From positions 35,918,450 to 35,969,355 of the forward strand of contig NC_069000.1 of the NCBI RefSeq assembly GCF_001194135.2: 50,906 bases of DNA, read 5' to 3'. The translations under genes and the position numbers were made by a program. Each line of letters begins with the position of its first letter. The stretch's first letter is position 1. The notes beneath the pieces are model-generated. The model saw nothing but the letters and a program-made list of their open reading frames with translations. It did no database searches and was not told the origin of the DNA. Positions 32,913-43,929 of the stretch are shown in pieces. Origin of the DNA: Octopus bimaculoides. Lineage: Eukaryota.

Positions 32913-33103
32913 ATGTAAATAAATGTATATTCTCAAGATGCAAATCATAAACATCCTGATATATTTTGCTTTCATAACTTAATAATAGAGTTCGCAGCAC
33001 TTAAATATATGCTACTTGTCATATATAAAAATATATTCATATGTAAAAGACATAGACACACAGAAAATAGATTGAGAAATGAATATTCTAACTTATAAAT
33101 ATA

Positions 33104-33328
33104 GTGAAGTATATTTGCCACTTAAATGTGGCTAACCACTAAGGGTGAATGCTACTGCAGCTTGTAGCCCCAGGAAAACATCTCCTCCAGCTGGCTATTG
33201 ACACACCCTCTGTGCCCTATCAGTATTGTGTCAATAGCCAGCTGGAGGAGATGTTCTCCTGGGGCTACAAGCTACAATAACATTCACCCTTAGTGGTTAG
33301 CCGCATTTAAGTGGCAAATATACTTCAC
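33104..33328. repeat. Long inverted repeat (foldback/MITE-like), 102-bp arms, 21-bp spacer
   Basis: 33104-33205 versus 33227-33328; 5 mismatches, all transitions. Confidence 0.95.
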
Positions 33329-33384
33329 GTTGTCGTGCAGCTACTGTTTATACCTCATTCAGAGATTTATAATAAATATAGTAT

Positions 33385-33745
33385 TTTTGTCTCTGACATT
33401 TCACATTCTGAGTTCAAATCCTGCTGAGATTAACCTTTCTTCATTCAGTTAGGGTTGATAATATAAATTCACAGTGAAGGACTGGAGTCCATAGTATCAA
33501 CTAACTTCTCCTCCCCACAGATTGCTGGCCTTGTGGCTAAATTAGAAGCAGTTATTCTTATCATTGTCCCCAGAAGGAATGAAAAGCAAAGTTGCTCTTG
33601 GTTAGATGTGAACTCACCATGTAAATGAGCTGGAAGAAATTCTGGTAAAGTTTTTAGATTAGGCAAAAAATGCATTTCTTTCTGACTACTTTTATTCTGA
33701 GTTCAAATCCTGCCTCGGCTAACATTGCCTTTCATCCTTCTGGAT
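33385..33745 (+). mobile_element. Cluster of SINE family B fragments
   Basis: TTCTGAGTTCAAATCCTGC occurs near 33407 and 33696; an opposite-strand fragment lies near 33570-33615. Confidence 0.65.
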
Positions 33746-33769
33746 TTATTTTTAATCATTTTTAATCAT

Positions 33770-34110
33770 TTAATCATTAGACTGCTGCCATGCTGGGGCA
33801 CTGCATTGAAGAATTTTAGTTCAAATTCTCAAGCTACTTGTTCTATCAGTCTCTCAGGCTGAACGACTAAGCTATGGGAACATAAACACACCAACACCAG
33901 TTGTCAAGTGGTGGTGGGGGACAAACATGCATACAAACACACACACACACACACATTTATATACAATGGGCTTCTTTTCAGTTTCTATCTACCAAATCCT
34001 CTTATAAGGCTTTGTAAGTAGAAGACACTTGCCCAAGGTGCCATGCAGTGGGACTGAACCTGGAGCCATGTAGTTGGAAAGCAAACTTCTTACCACACAA
34101 CCATGCCTAG
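33770..34110 (-). mobile_element. SINE family A, diverged with deletions
   Basis: Tail A, (CA)n, core and head on the minus strand. Confidence 0.8.
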
Positions 34111-34194
34111 TACATATCATTTCCTCCACCAAATGAATTTCTCATCTTGAACCTAAATTAGAAATTATTAAGATGGAGGGTATATGAGGGCAGC

Positions 34195-34520
34195 AGCATG
34201 GCAAAAATACCTTTTGTTCTAAGTTCAAATCTCATTGAGGTTAACTTTGATTTTTATTCTTCCAGCGTTGATAAAATAAAGTACCTGTTAAATACTGGAT
34301 TTGATGGCATTGACTAACCCCTGCCTCTCAGAACTGCTGACCTTGTACCTTCAGAATTGTTAGTGTTCTGGTATTTCTTCTGGCCCGTTATGTTCAGGGT
34401 TCAAATCATGCTGAGGTCAATTTGACCCTTTCATCTTTTCAGGCTCTATGAAATAATGTATCAGGGAGGCACTGGGCTTGATGTTATTGACTGATCTTTT
34501 TCCAAAATTTGAAACAATTA
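34195..34520 (+). mobile_element. Two tandem SINE family B fragments
   Basis: GTTCAAATC...GAGGTYAA B-box/central block near 34222 and 34400. Confidence 0.65.
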
Positions 34521-34719
34521 TTATATGTATGCATGCTTAGATAGATAGATAGATAGATAGATAGATTTATAGTTGTGAAAAATTGTGCTGATGAAGGATA
34601 TATGTTTGGGTAAATATATTTTACACCTCATTGATCTAGAAATGCGTGTCCACAATTAATCAAGGTCGGGAAGATTCATTATTTTTTTCCTTTTTTACCT
34701 TTGTACTTTGCTAATATTA

Positions 34720-34910
34720 CTTTTTAGGAGTTGTATTTTAGTAGGGAAATAGTAGTTTTTGGCTGCTATTTCTAATGTTCGGTGCGTGGTGAAGCAATAC
34801 TTGCTGAACCCTAAATTTTTAATTGTGTTTATACATTTACCGATAATGGTTTTTAACACACCGATCTACTTGGTAAAATTATTAATTATCAATTAATTAT
34901 TAATTTTTAC
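34720..34910 (-). repeat. Unclassified interspersed repeat G
   Basis: Homologous to 16716-16930. Confidence 0.6.
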
Positions 34911-34918
34911 CCTATATC

Positions 34919-34954
<36 letters not shown>

Positions 34955-34959
34955 TGAGC

Positions 34960-35480
34960 AGCAACAGCATCCATTAGTCTCAAAAGACCATAGATCTGCT
35001 ATCTGGGAAGTCTTCCTTTCCATTATTCCTTTATTGGCAGAGCAGCATCTGCTGTGACTGAAGAGACACATCTGTGAGTGACAGCCCTGGCTGCAATGAC
35101 TGCAGTTGAAGGCACTCTCTGCCAGTCTTATCCTGATGCTGCTTTTCTGTCAGTTTTGCTTTCTTCATCACTAGGCTTCAGCCTCTCCCAGTCTCCAGTT
35201 GGTGTGATCACCAGCAATGTCTTCCTGCCTGTCAATGTTCATGTAAAGAGACTCTGTACTTCTCTTGCAGACATCTTTGAAACAAAGTTTTGAAACCATC
35301 TCTGTGTTCTCTTTTGCCAGAGGCCAGTTCACTATAAAGCAGGTCTTTTGGGATGCTTTACCTCATGTCAGTCATATTACAGCATATACTGGGTGTATTT
35401 TTCTGAGCACAAACACCAGTGAGGTCACCATGAAGCATGCAAGACTAAGATTCTCTTCAATTGAGTGGTGCTACTGTAGA
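34960..35480 (-). mobile_element. RTE (BovB/RTE-1-like) LINE 3' end with C-terminal zinc finger, decayed
   Basis: Minus strand PKDLLYSELASGKR, FKDVCKR and FNCSHCSQGCHSQMCLFSHSRC, then UTR ATGGTCTTTTGAGACTAATGGATGC. Confidence 0.85.
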
Positions 35481-36498
35481 GGAGGTAGCTTTATGAGAGT
35501 ATGAGAGAAAGGGCAAGAACGGCACAGGTTTTTCCCTGTAGAAGAGCTACACAGCTACTCAGAATTTAGAAGAGAGAGTGAGAGTGACCAGGGTAGAAAC
35601 TGGGAAGAGATAAAAATAGCAGTGATGAAATGTCAAGGTGAACCCTCAAAGTACTAGGTGGGGAGAAATGGGTGGGGACAGGAGAACAGGGAGTGTGGCT
35701 AGGCAGAGGTTGCAAGAATGTAAGGGGAGAATGAGAGATGGTTAGAGTCAGGGAGTGGGTGAGAAGGTGAATATAATGAACAAAGAACAAATGCTGAGAG
35801 ATGATAAATTGGGAAGGTTGGAAAGAGTTGTGAATAATAAATAGAATAGTAAAAAAAAGTAAATAAAAGCTACAAAATGAATGGAAAAAAATATTGATGC
35901 TGAGAAGAAATATAATTTTGAAGAACGATAAAAACTAATGTTCATTTTTCATATTTTCTGGTATAGGCAGCAGTGATTCAATCGCAATTAACGTATCTGC
36001 AATTTGTAATTTTGCTAAATAGCCTTAAGGTCAATGACATATCTAAGCTTCTGAATAACAGTACATCTTTGTTAATTTCACAACTGTTACACCTAACGTT
36101 ACTGCATCTAATATAGATGTCTCCTTTTGACAACAAAGCAATTTTACTTGCTGCAGACTACTGGTCTGAAAAATAGGTGCTGCCAACTTTACTTCACCAT
36201 AAAGTGACGACTAATCAATCATTTACTGAACCATGTAAATTCTGATTACAAAAACTGAAGAGGAGCAAAATTCGTCTCTTATCACATTAGTGTGAGATAA
36301 GTAAATACTTGTTCATTGATTAATAATGACTTGCATACAAAAGTACACTTAGTCTGGAGTAGATNNNNNNNNNNGGGGGGGGGGGGGGAACAGAAGGATG
36401 GTCTTGTCTGGATTGAATTTGATTATCTGTCTGCTCAGTACAGAATATAAGATATGGACAACAATAACAATAATTATGTTGAGGAAACATGAACACTA

Positions 36499-36943
36499 GG
36501 CGCAGGAGTGGCTGTGTGGTAAGTAGCTTGCTTACCAACCACATGGTTCTGGGTTCAGTCCCACTGCGTGGCACCTTGGGCAAGTGTCTTCTACTATAGC
36601 CTTGGGCCGACCAAAGCCTTGTGAGTGGATTTGGTAGATGGAAACTGAAAGAAGCCCATCGTATATATGTGTATATATATATATATNNNNNNNNNNNNNN
36701 NNNNNNNNNNNNNNNNNNNNNNNNNNNNNNNNNNNNNNNNNNNNNNNNNNNNNNNNNNNNNNNNNNNNNNNNNNNNNNNNNNNNNNNNNNNNNNNNNNNN
36801 NNNNNNNNNNNNNNNNNNNNNNNNNNNNNNNNNNNNNNNNNNNNNNNNNNNNNNNNNNNNNNNNCCTGGGGTCGATTTGGTCGACTAAAGGTGGTGCTCC
36901 AGCATGGCCACAGTCAAATGACTGAAACAAGTAAAAGAGTAAA
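36499..36943 (+). mobile_element. SINE family A, young, with internal gap
   Basis: Consensus head; gap 36687-36864 replaces (TA)n and part of the tail; consensus 3' end. Confidence 0.9.
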
Positions 36944-37154
36944 CTTAATTCTTTTTTAAGAACATTTTCAGTACAAAATGCTTTCTTCTTTTTACTACCG
37001 AGGACCAGTCTTAATTTGCCTAAATCCATACAAAGCAATCATGCCTTTCCCATGTTCTTCTTTTCTATAAGCTCCAGCTTGATCTTTTTCTCCAGATTCT
37101 GTGTTTTTGCTATTATTTATTTGTTTTCTTTTCTTCTCTTGAACTTATATCTTT

Positions 37155-37536
37155 TATTTTTTACTTGTTTCAGTCATTAGACTGTGGCCATGCTGGGACA
37201 TCACCTTGAAGGGTTTTAGTCAAACAGATCATACCCTAGTACTTATTCTTTTAAACTCTGATACTTATTCTATCGATTCTTTTACTGAACAGTTCATTAC
37301 AGTGATGTAAGCAAACCAGCATTGGTTGTGAAGAAGTGGGGTAGAGGGGACAAATACGGACACTTGCACACACACTGTTTTCCACACAGATTCTGTCTAC
37401 CAAATTCACTCACAAAGTAATGGTCAGTCTGGAACTATAGTAGAAGATACTTGTTCAAGGTGCTATGAAGAACACCTGAATCCAAGACCATGTGGTTGCA
37501 AAATGAGCTTCTTAACCACACAGCCATGTCTGCACC
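37155..37536 (-). mobile_element. SINE family A, diverged
   Basis: Tail A, short (CA), core and head on the minus strand. Confidence 0.8.
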
Positions 37537-37721
37537 TGTTTGTAAACAATTTTTAGTTTGATTTTGATAGGACATAAATTGTTGAGGTTATAAGCACTGC
37601 AGATAAGTGTTCCGTACTCAAAGCACAGTGTCTATTCTAGGCAGGACATGTATATACATTCTGTGTATGATAACTGCTTGCCAAATGACAGCTTTTTCAG
37701 TGAGCTGGCATTTGCATCAGA

Positions 37722-37990
37722 CATCATCCTCATCATTTCACATCCATTTTCTATGCTGGCATAGGTTGGATGGGTTAACCAGAGCTGGCAAGTAGGAGAA
37801 CTGCACCAGGTTCTAGTCAGATTTGGCTTGGTTTCTACAGCTGGATGCCCTTCCTTAATACCAACCACTTTACAGAGTGTATCAGCTGCTTTCTATGTTG
37901 CACAAGCATGAATGCTTTTACACAGCACCAGCACAGACATTATTACTAAGCACTGGCACAGGTGCTTTTTATGTGGTGCCAGTACATGTA
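37722..37990 (-). mobile_element. RTE 3'-UTR/tail remnant
   Basis: CATCCATTTTCTATGCTGGCAT...GGATGCCCTTCCTTAATACCAACCACTTTACAGAG. Confidence 0.8.
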
Positions 37991-38269
37991 TGCACCAATT
38001 TCTCAGAGTATGGGCGGACTGTGACTGGGAAACTTCTTGAGATAGGCCACCTCCAGCCAATCCACAAAATGAATTTTGAACTTTGACTAATTTACGAAGC
38101 AAGACGCCCAAGCTTCCTTTTCAGACATGGTGAGACAGACCAGTCAATTAAATTAAGCCTACTACCTTACTGGGACTTATTTTATCTACTTCTGAAGGGA
38201 TGAATAGAAGGCCAGCTCCTACAGCAACTCAACTGAGATATCTGGCACCTTGCTGTACTCAAGAAGACC

Positions 38270-38605
38270 CATCCTCCATGGCAGAAGTGTTAATGCCACT
38301 CTCCCTGCTGAAGAGGATTGCAAGTGCCCTGTGTTGGTACCATGTAAAAAGCACCTGTACCAGCATCATGTAATAACTACCATGCAGATGCCATGTGAAA
38401 ACACCCATCACAATGCCACATATAAAGCACCCAGCACTCTCTGTAAAGTGGTTGCCACTAGGAAGGGCATCCAGCTGTAGAAATCAAGTTAAATCAAACT
38501 GGAGCATGGTGCAGCTCTCCAGCTTGTCAGCTCTAGTCAAACTATCCAACCCATGCCAGCATGGAAAACGGATGTTAAAGGATGATGATGGTGATGATGA
38601 TATTA
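38270..38605 (+). mobile_element. RTE 3'-UTR/tail remnant
   Basis: Repeated CCATGT..AA.CACC motifs, then AGGAAGGGCATCCAGC...GGATGTTAAAGGATGATGATG. Confidence 0.8.
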
Positions 38606-39559
38606 AAGTATTTTTTTTTCCCATTGATTTACTGGTTAGCTTGACTGCATTGCTATGAAACTGCCTCCTTCTCCACATCTTTGTCCAACATCTCTACTGA
38701 TTCTATCCACTGCATCATTTTAAAACCACCTTCCTGTTTGTATTTTCAAGCTAGTCTGTTCAAGCTTCAGTATCAAATTAACTAACCTCACCTAATTATT
38801 TTTATCCCTCTGTCTTATTAGATCAAAAATTGGCCATGAGCTCTGTTTTCCTCCTTAGATTAAGAAATAAAAGAAACTATGTTCATTAATTTCAATATGC
38901 TGCGAGATCTACTATTTATATTAAGTATCACTTATATCTCACCTAATGTTATATTAACATATGTTTTATCCAACATCTCTTACTACCCCATCCATTCTGT
39001 TTGAATACACGCCAGCTCATTTATTATTTTTTACTTCAACATATATATAGTCTTCTAAAAACAAGTATTTTTATTTATAGTCCATAGTCAACTTATATAT
39101 ATATGTGTGTGTTAAACTATGTCTTTCCCTTCTGGCATCTGTCTACAATTTAAATCTTGTAGTTATTAGGTCTGCTGAAGCAAAACAGACCAGGTCAGCT
39201 CAACAACATTTTATAAACTACTAAAAGAAGCTTTAAGTACATTTTAAAGTTCAGTGGGGATGTTGGAATTAATATTAATTTTTGTTCTACATTGGCACAA
39301 GGCCACACATTTGTAGGGGAAGTGGTTAAAGAGTGGGAAATACAAATGACTGATTCAAGTACCACATTATTACTGTTTCCTATTTATTGTTTAACTCTAA
39401 GCATCCCTGATTCAGAAGTGACTTATGACCAAAGGAGTATTAGCCATGACTACCCTGCCTCTTACTTCTTTCCAAACATAGTGTATCTAGGACTACATTA
39501 TTATCTACCCTATCCTTTTTTTAGACAATGAGATTTAGCTGCTGTTTATTGCAGGTGGA

Positions 39560-39945
39560 GTAGAGGCGCAATGGCCCAGTGGTTAGGGCAGCGGACTCGC
39601 GGTCATAGGATCGCGGTTTCAACTCCCAGACCGGGCGTTATGTGTGTTTATTGAGTAAAAACACCTAAAGCTCCACGAGGCTCCAACAGGGGATGGTGGC
39701 AAACCCTACTGTACTCTTCCACCACAACTTTCTATCACTCTTACTTCCTGTTTCTGTTGTGCCTGTAATTCAAATGGTCAGCCTTGTCACACTCTGTGTC
39801 ACGCTGAATATCCCTGAGAACTACGTTAAGGGTACACGTGTCTGTGGAGTGCTCAACCACTTGCATGTTAATTTCACGAGCAGGCTGTTCCGTTGATCGG
39901 ATCAACTGGAACCCTCGACTTCGTAAGCGACGGAGTGCCAACAAC
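39560..39945 (+). mobile_element. SINE family C, full length, with 12-bp TSD
   Basis: tRNA-like head GGCGCAATGGCCCAGTGGTTAGGGCAGCGGACTCGCGG...GGTTTCAACTCCC; TSD ATTGCAGGTGGA at 39548-39559 and 39946-39957. Confidence 0.92.
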
Positions 39946-39971
39946 ATTGCAGGTGGAACAACTACATTGAG

Positions 39972-40120
39972 TAGACATGGGCAGCTTTTTCGAGAAGCAG
40001 CCCACTTGGACATGGCCCATCACCTATGAAGAAGTTCTAGGTAATTTTTCATTAGGCATGCCATTCCAGAAAGTCCCATGGACCACATGCGATCCACAGG
40101 CTGAAGTTTGCCCATGACTG
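39972..40120. mobile_element. hAT MITE with 8-bp TSD
   Basis: Ends TAGACATGGGCAG / TTGCCCATGACTG; flanks ACATTGAG (39964-39971) and ACATAGAG (40121-40128), 7 of 8 identical. Confidence 0.75.
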
Positions 40121-40171
40121 ACATAGAGGATCTCTTATTTGGAAGAAAGAAAAAATATATTTTAATTTTAT

Positions 40172-40318
40172 ACATGTGGTAAGAAGCTTGCTTCCCAACC
40201 ACATGGTTTCAAGTTCAGCCCCACTGTATAGCACCTTGGACAAGTGTCTTCTACTATAACTTAAGGCTGACCAAAGCGTGTAAGTGGATTTGATAGACAG
40301 AAACTGAAAGAAGCTCAC

Positions 40319-40370
<52 letters not shown>

Positions 40371-40605
40371 TCATCATCATCATCATCATCATATATATAT
40401 ATATGTGTGTTTGTCCCCACCACCACTTGACAACTGGTATTGGTGTGTTTATGTCTCCGTAACTTAGTGGTTAGGCAAAAGAGATTGATAGAATAAGTAA
40501 CAGGCTTTAAAAAAAATAAGTATTGAGGTTGATTCATTCAACTAAGAAAAAAGTCTTCAAGGCCCCAACATGGCCACAGTCTGATGACTGAAACAAGTAA
40601 AAGGT
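40172..40605 (+). mobile_element. SINE family A, slightly 5'-truncated
   Basis: Head, core, compound (TA)(CA)(TCA) tract, tail A. Confidence 0.85.
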
Positions 40606-41475
40606 ATTCCATGAGGATTAAGATATACACGTATGTATATGATACATTTATTTTACAAAACCATATTAAAATACAGATCCAGAACCGAAGGAAACACAAA
40701 CATGAATGAAGAAAGAGAAAAAAGAAAGAAAGAAAGAGAAAAAACATCAGTTCAACACTAAGTGCTTCAGTTGGTTGCACACCACAAGGTTCAATGGAAC
40801 TTATTGAAGCAGGCCAACATGCTTATGGCATTACCTACCACAGGTGATGGTGAGGCTGAAGTGTTCAGGATGGATATTAATCAAAGTTTACATGGTGATA
40901 TCCCAGTGGTATTTGAACTTAGAATGAAGAGAGGACTAAATACTCTAAATCTAGTGTGCTACCATTCTTGTCACGTGACTGCCTTGATATTAATACTGAT
41001 GTTAATCTAGTCTTAACTTCACACATTTACATATGTGACCTGATATTTATTCATTTATTTCATTCCTGATATCTTTATGCTTTTATAATGATTTTGCATT
41101 ATTCAGACTTTGTTTTACTTCATTTATTTATTCTTTTTCCCATTACTGTCTGGTTTTTAAAAGAAAATTTGATACATTGCAACATTATCTGAATTAAAAA
41201 CTGGTTCATATTTTCTTTGCTTCTGTCTGTATTATATCTTGGTCAGACTGAGTGTCTTTTGAAGATAATGAGGAAAAAACATCGTCATCATCCCACATAC
41301 CAGCATGGTTTAGATTTTGTTGTTGCTTGACTCGTGTCAATCCTGATTAAGCAAATCTACGATCAAAGTCATTTCAATCATGGTCATTCTGCCTTCTTTT
41401 AGACCTAGTGTATCAGCCCTTTCCTTTGTTTTTTGTTAGCTGGCAGAGTGTGGTTGAAGAGAGGTTTAGCTTCTA

Positions 41476-41686
41476 CAGGGTGTCCACAAAGTCTGGGTAC
41501 ATGGAGTAAATAAAATCATAACTTAAACAATTAAATATAAGAAATGATAAGTTCTTAAATTATGTGTTAATCTCCATGTGGGTACATGGAGTAAATAAAA
41601 TTATAACATAAACAATTAAATATAAGAAATAATAATTTCTTAAAGTACGTGTTAATCCCATGTACCCAGACTTTGTGAACACCCTG
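41476..41686. mobile_element. TA-flanked MITE, 211 bp, two internal units
   Basis: TA+CAGGGTGTCCACAAAGTCTGGGTACATGG...CCATGTACCCAGACTTTGTGAACACCCTG+TA. Confidence 0.92.
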
Positions 41687-41693
41687 TATATTT

Positions 41694-42048
41694 ACCCAGT
41701 CAAAATTCTCTCATTTGCATCACCTTTACCCTTGTAGCAGTTGGCTATGGTGCTGCTATGCCAGTCATTGGGTATGATTCCAGCATGAACTACCTGGTTT
41801 ACAATATGGGTGACTAGGCCATATCCCACACCACCAGATGTTTTAAGCATCTCAGCAGTGATTCTTGATGGGCCAGGGGCTTTTCCTGGCTTCATACCGT
41901 TAATTGCTTTATCTACCAGGGTGCTGTCTATTCGGACAGCTGGTCCCTCTACTGGGTCAACATTTGGTAGGCTCTCCTCCTCCCATTCATTCTCCACATT
42001 CAGCAGTCTCTCGTAATGACTTCTCCAAGCCTCTTTCTTCTCCAATGT
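41694..42048 (-). mobile_element. RTE-clade LINE fragment (linker / RT start)
   Basis: KEAWRSHYERLLNVENEW...KAINGMKPGKAPGPSRITAEMLK...IPNDWHSSTIANCYKGKGDA overlaps the N-terminal peptide of the 31226 element. Confidence 0.9.
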
Positions 42049-42429
42049 CTTGAGTCTAAAATAAAATATGTGGTAGTCACGACTGGAGAGCCTTTGATCA
42101 TAGGCTATCACAATCAGGGCTGACCTTGAGCTAAATAAGAACAACATGGTAAATGAGTCAAGACATTGTGAAATCAGGAAGACTCTTTAAGTCTTGTTTT
42201 GTTGAAAACCTGGCAATCTCTCTGGTGCATGTACTATGATAAAATGCACCCAGTACACTCTGTATATTGTTGGTGTTAGTAAGGATATCGAATCATAGAA
42301 ACCATACCAAAATGAAATATGAGTGAGGCATGATGCCCCAACCATACTTTGAAGGTTAGAAACTGTGTAAAAACTGAATCCAACCATGCCTGTCCATCCA
42401 ATGCATGCCAACATCAAAAGAGGACATAA

Positions 42430-42830
42430 GTGGGTGTGTAGCTAAGAAGTTTTCTTCCCAAGCACATGGTTTCAGGTTCAGTCCTACTGCATGGCACCCT
42501 GGCTAAGTGTCTTCTACTATAGCCTTAGGCCAACCAGAGCCTTGTGAGTGGATTTGGTAGGTGGGAACTGAAAGAAGTCTGTCGTGTGTGTGTGTACTCT
42601 TGTCATGATATCATATGATGGCTGTAAATGAGCATCATTGTTACACAAGTGAGGTTGTTTGTTTCTAGTTTTCCATGAAAACATGTCTAGGTATAGGAAA
42701 ATATTACCTTGCTTAGAAACAGGTAAGGGTTGGTGACAGGAAGAGTGTCCACCCACCAAATCTACCCTAACAAATTCCATCTGAATAATGTAAGCATGGA
42801 ATGGTGGATGTTACATGATAATGATGATGA
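42430..42830 (+). mobile_element. SINE A head + RTE-type tail
   Basis: A head and core, (TG)n, then TCATGATATCATATGATGG...GGAAAATATTACCTTGCTTAGAAACAGG...GCATGGAATGGTGGATGTTACATGATAATGATG. Confidence 0.8.
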
Positions 42831-42840
42831 TATATATATA

Positions 42841-42925
42841 CATGAGTGAGCAAATATATATATACATGAGTGAGCAAATATATATATACATGAGTGAGCA
42901 AATATATATATACATGAGTGAGCAA
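42841..42925. repeat. 24-bp perfect tandem repeat (about 3.5 copies)
   Basis: CATGAGTGAGCAAATATATATATA starts at 42841, 42865, 42889, 42913. Confidence 0.95.
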
Positions 42926-43587
42926 ATGAAAGACACTCAATACATTTGGTATGGGTTACATGAATTATTTAATAACAGTTTAAAGTTTCATTGACTCATT
43001 GGGCATTTGGAGATCAAATAACAGGATATATGACAAATTCCAGATGGTTGCTAGAAGTTAGGCTTCTATTGTTCAACACAGCTTGCATAGGGTTAATGGT
43101 TTGGAAGCGACATCAGTTCCTATCTTTGTTCTCAAGTCCATGTGGTCCGACAGGACATTGGTTGGTAGCCATTACCATTATGTCTGGAGGCTGCAGTATA
43201 GCTTATGTAACTGTGGTGTATGTGTGCGAGTAGATGTAATTGGCTTACCTCGGTTTTCCTTCCAGGTACGAGTCTGTCCTGCGGTATCCGATCCTCGTGG
43301 CTCGCCCGACCCAAAGAACCCTAGAAATAGCAGCTGCTTCTCCCAACACCTAGACGTTCGCTTCGCACGTCCTCTCCTCACAACGACCCCGTTCGAAAAG
43401 GGCACGAATCCCGATCGAGGCTGCCTCTGCCCTTGTTCCTCTTCTGGTCAGCTCCCCAGTCACTGACATCATACCACAGTAACAACATCAGTTCATTGCA
43501 TTTGCTGCTACACGTAGCATAGTGGGGTGTTTTTGTGGATTAGTGGAGGACTAACACTATAACAGTGATAGTCTTTTTGTGGGATTA

Positions 43588-43790
43588 ACCAGATTTTGTG
43601 GTGCTGGATTAAAATTAGATGGTGCTAGGTTAGACTGTCAGTATAGATAGGGAGGTAGTCTACATAGGTAATAGGGTTTAAGTACCATGCTCTCTGGGTA
43701 TGGAGCAGGCAAGCGTGAGGTGGTATATCATCCGCACTGACAGTCCAACCGAGCACCATCAAATTTTAATACAGCACCACAAAATCTGGT
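43588..43790. mobile_element. MITE with about 55-bp TIRs, TA-flanked
   Basis: Arms 43587-43642 and 43736-43791 are reverse complements with 4 mismatches. Confidence 0.85.
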
Positions 43791-43929
43791 TACTACTATG
43801 GACAAGTTGTTGCCACTTAGTAGTGTTGGTCCTCCATTAACATGCAGCAACACTCTGTTCCATCATGTGTAGCAGCAAATGCAACAAATTGATGACTCTA
43901 AATAAACAATACTGCAGCTTCCAGGCATA

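Noticed and set aside
34586-34615. CTGATGA motifs at about 34588 and 25293 as further hammerheads
   Set aside because: No stem II or GAAA follows.
35540-35900. Purine-rich block, possibly an old CR1/L2 remnant
   Set aside because: No diagnostic peptide could be read; composition alone is insufficient.
39560-39635. tRNA-like sequence (also the heads of families A and B)
   Set aside because: A/B boxes are present but I could not form a full cloverleaf, and each continues into a SINE body; not tRNA genes.
40762-41010. 82-aa ORF with protein-like composition
   Set aside because: Its 3' part overlaps an antisense family B fragment; no recognisable domain.
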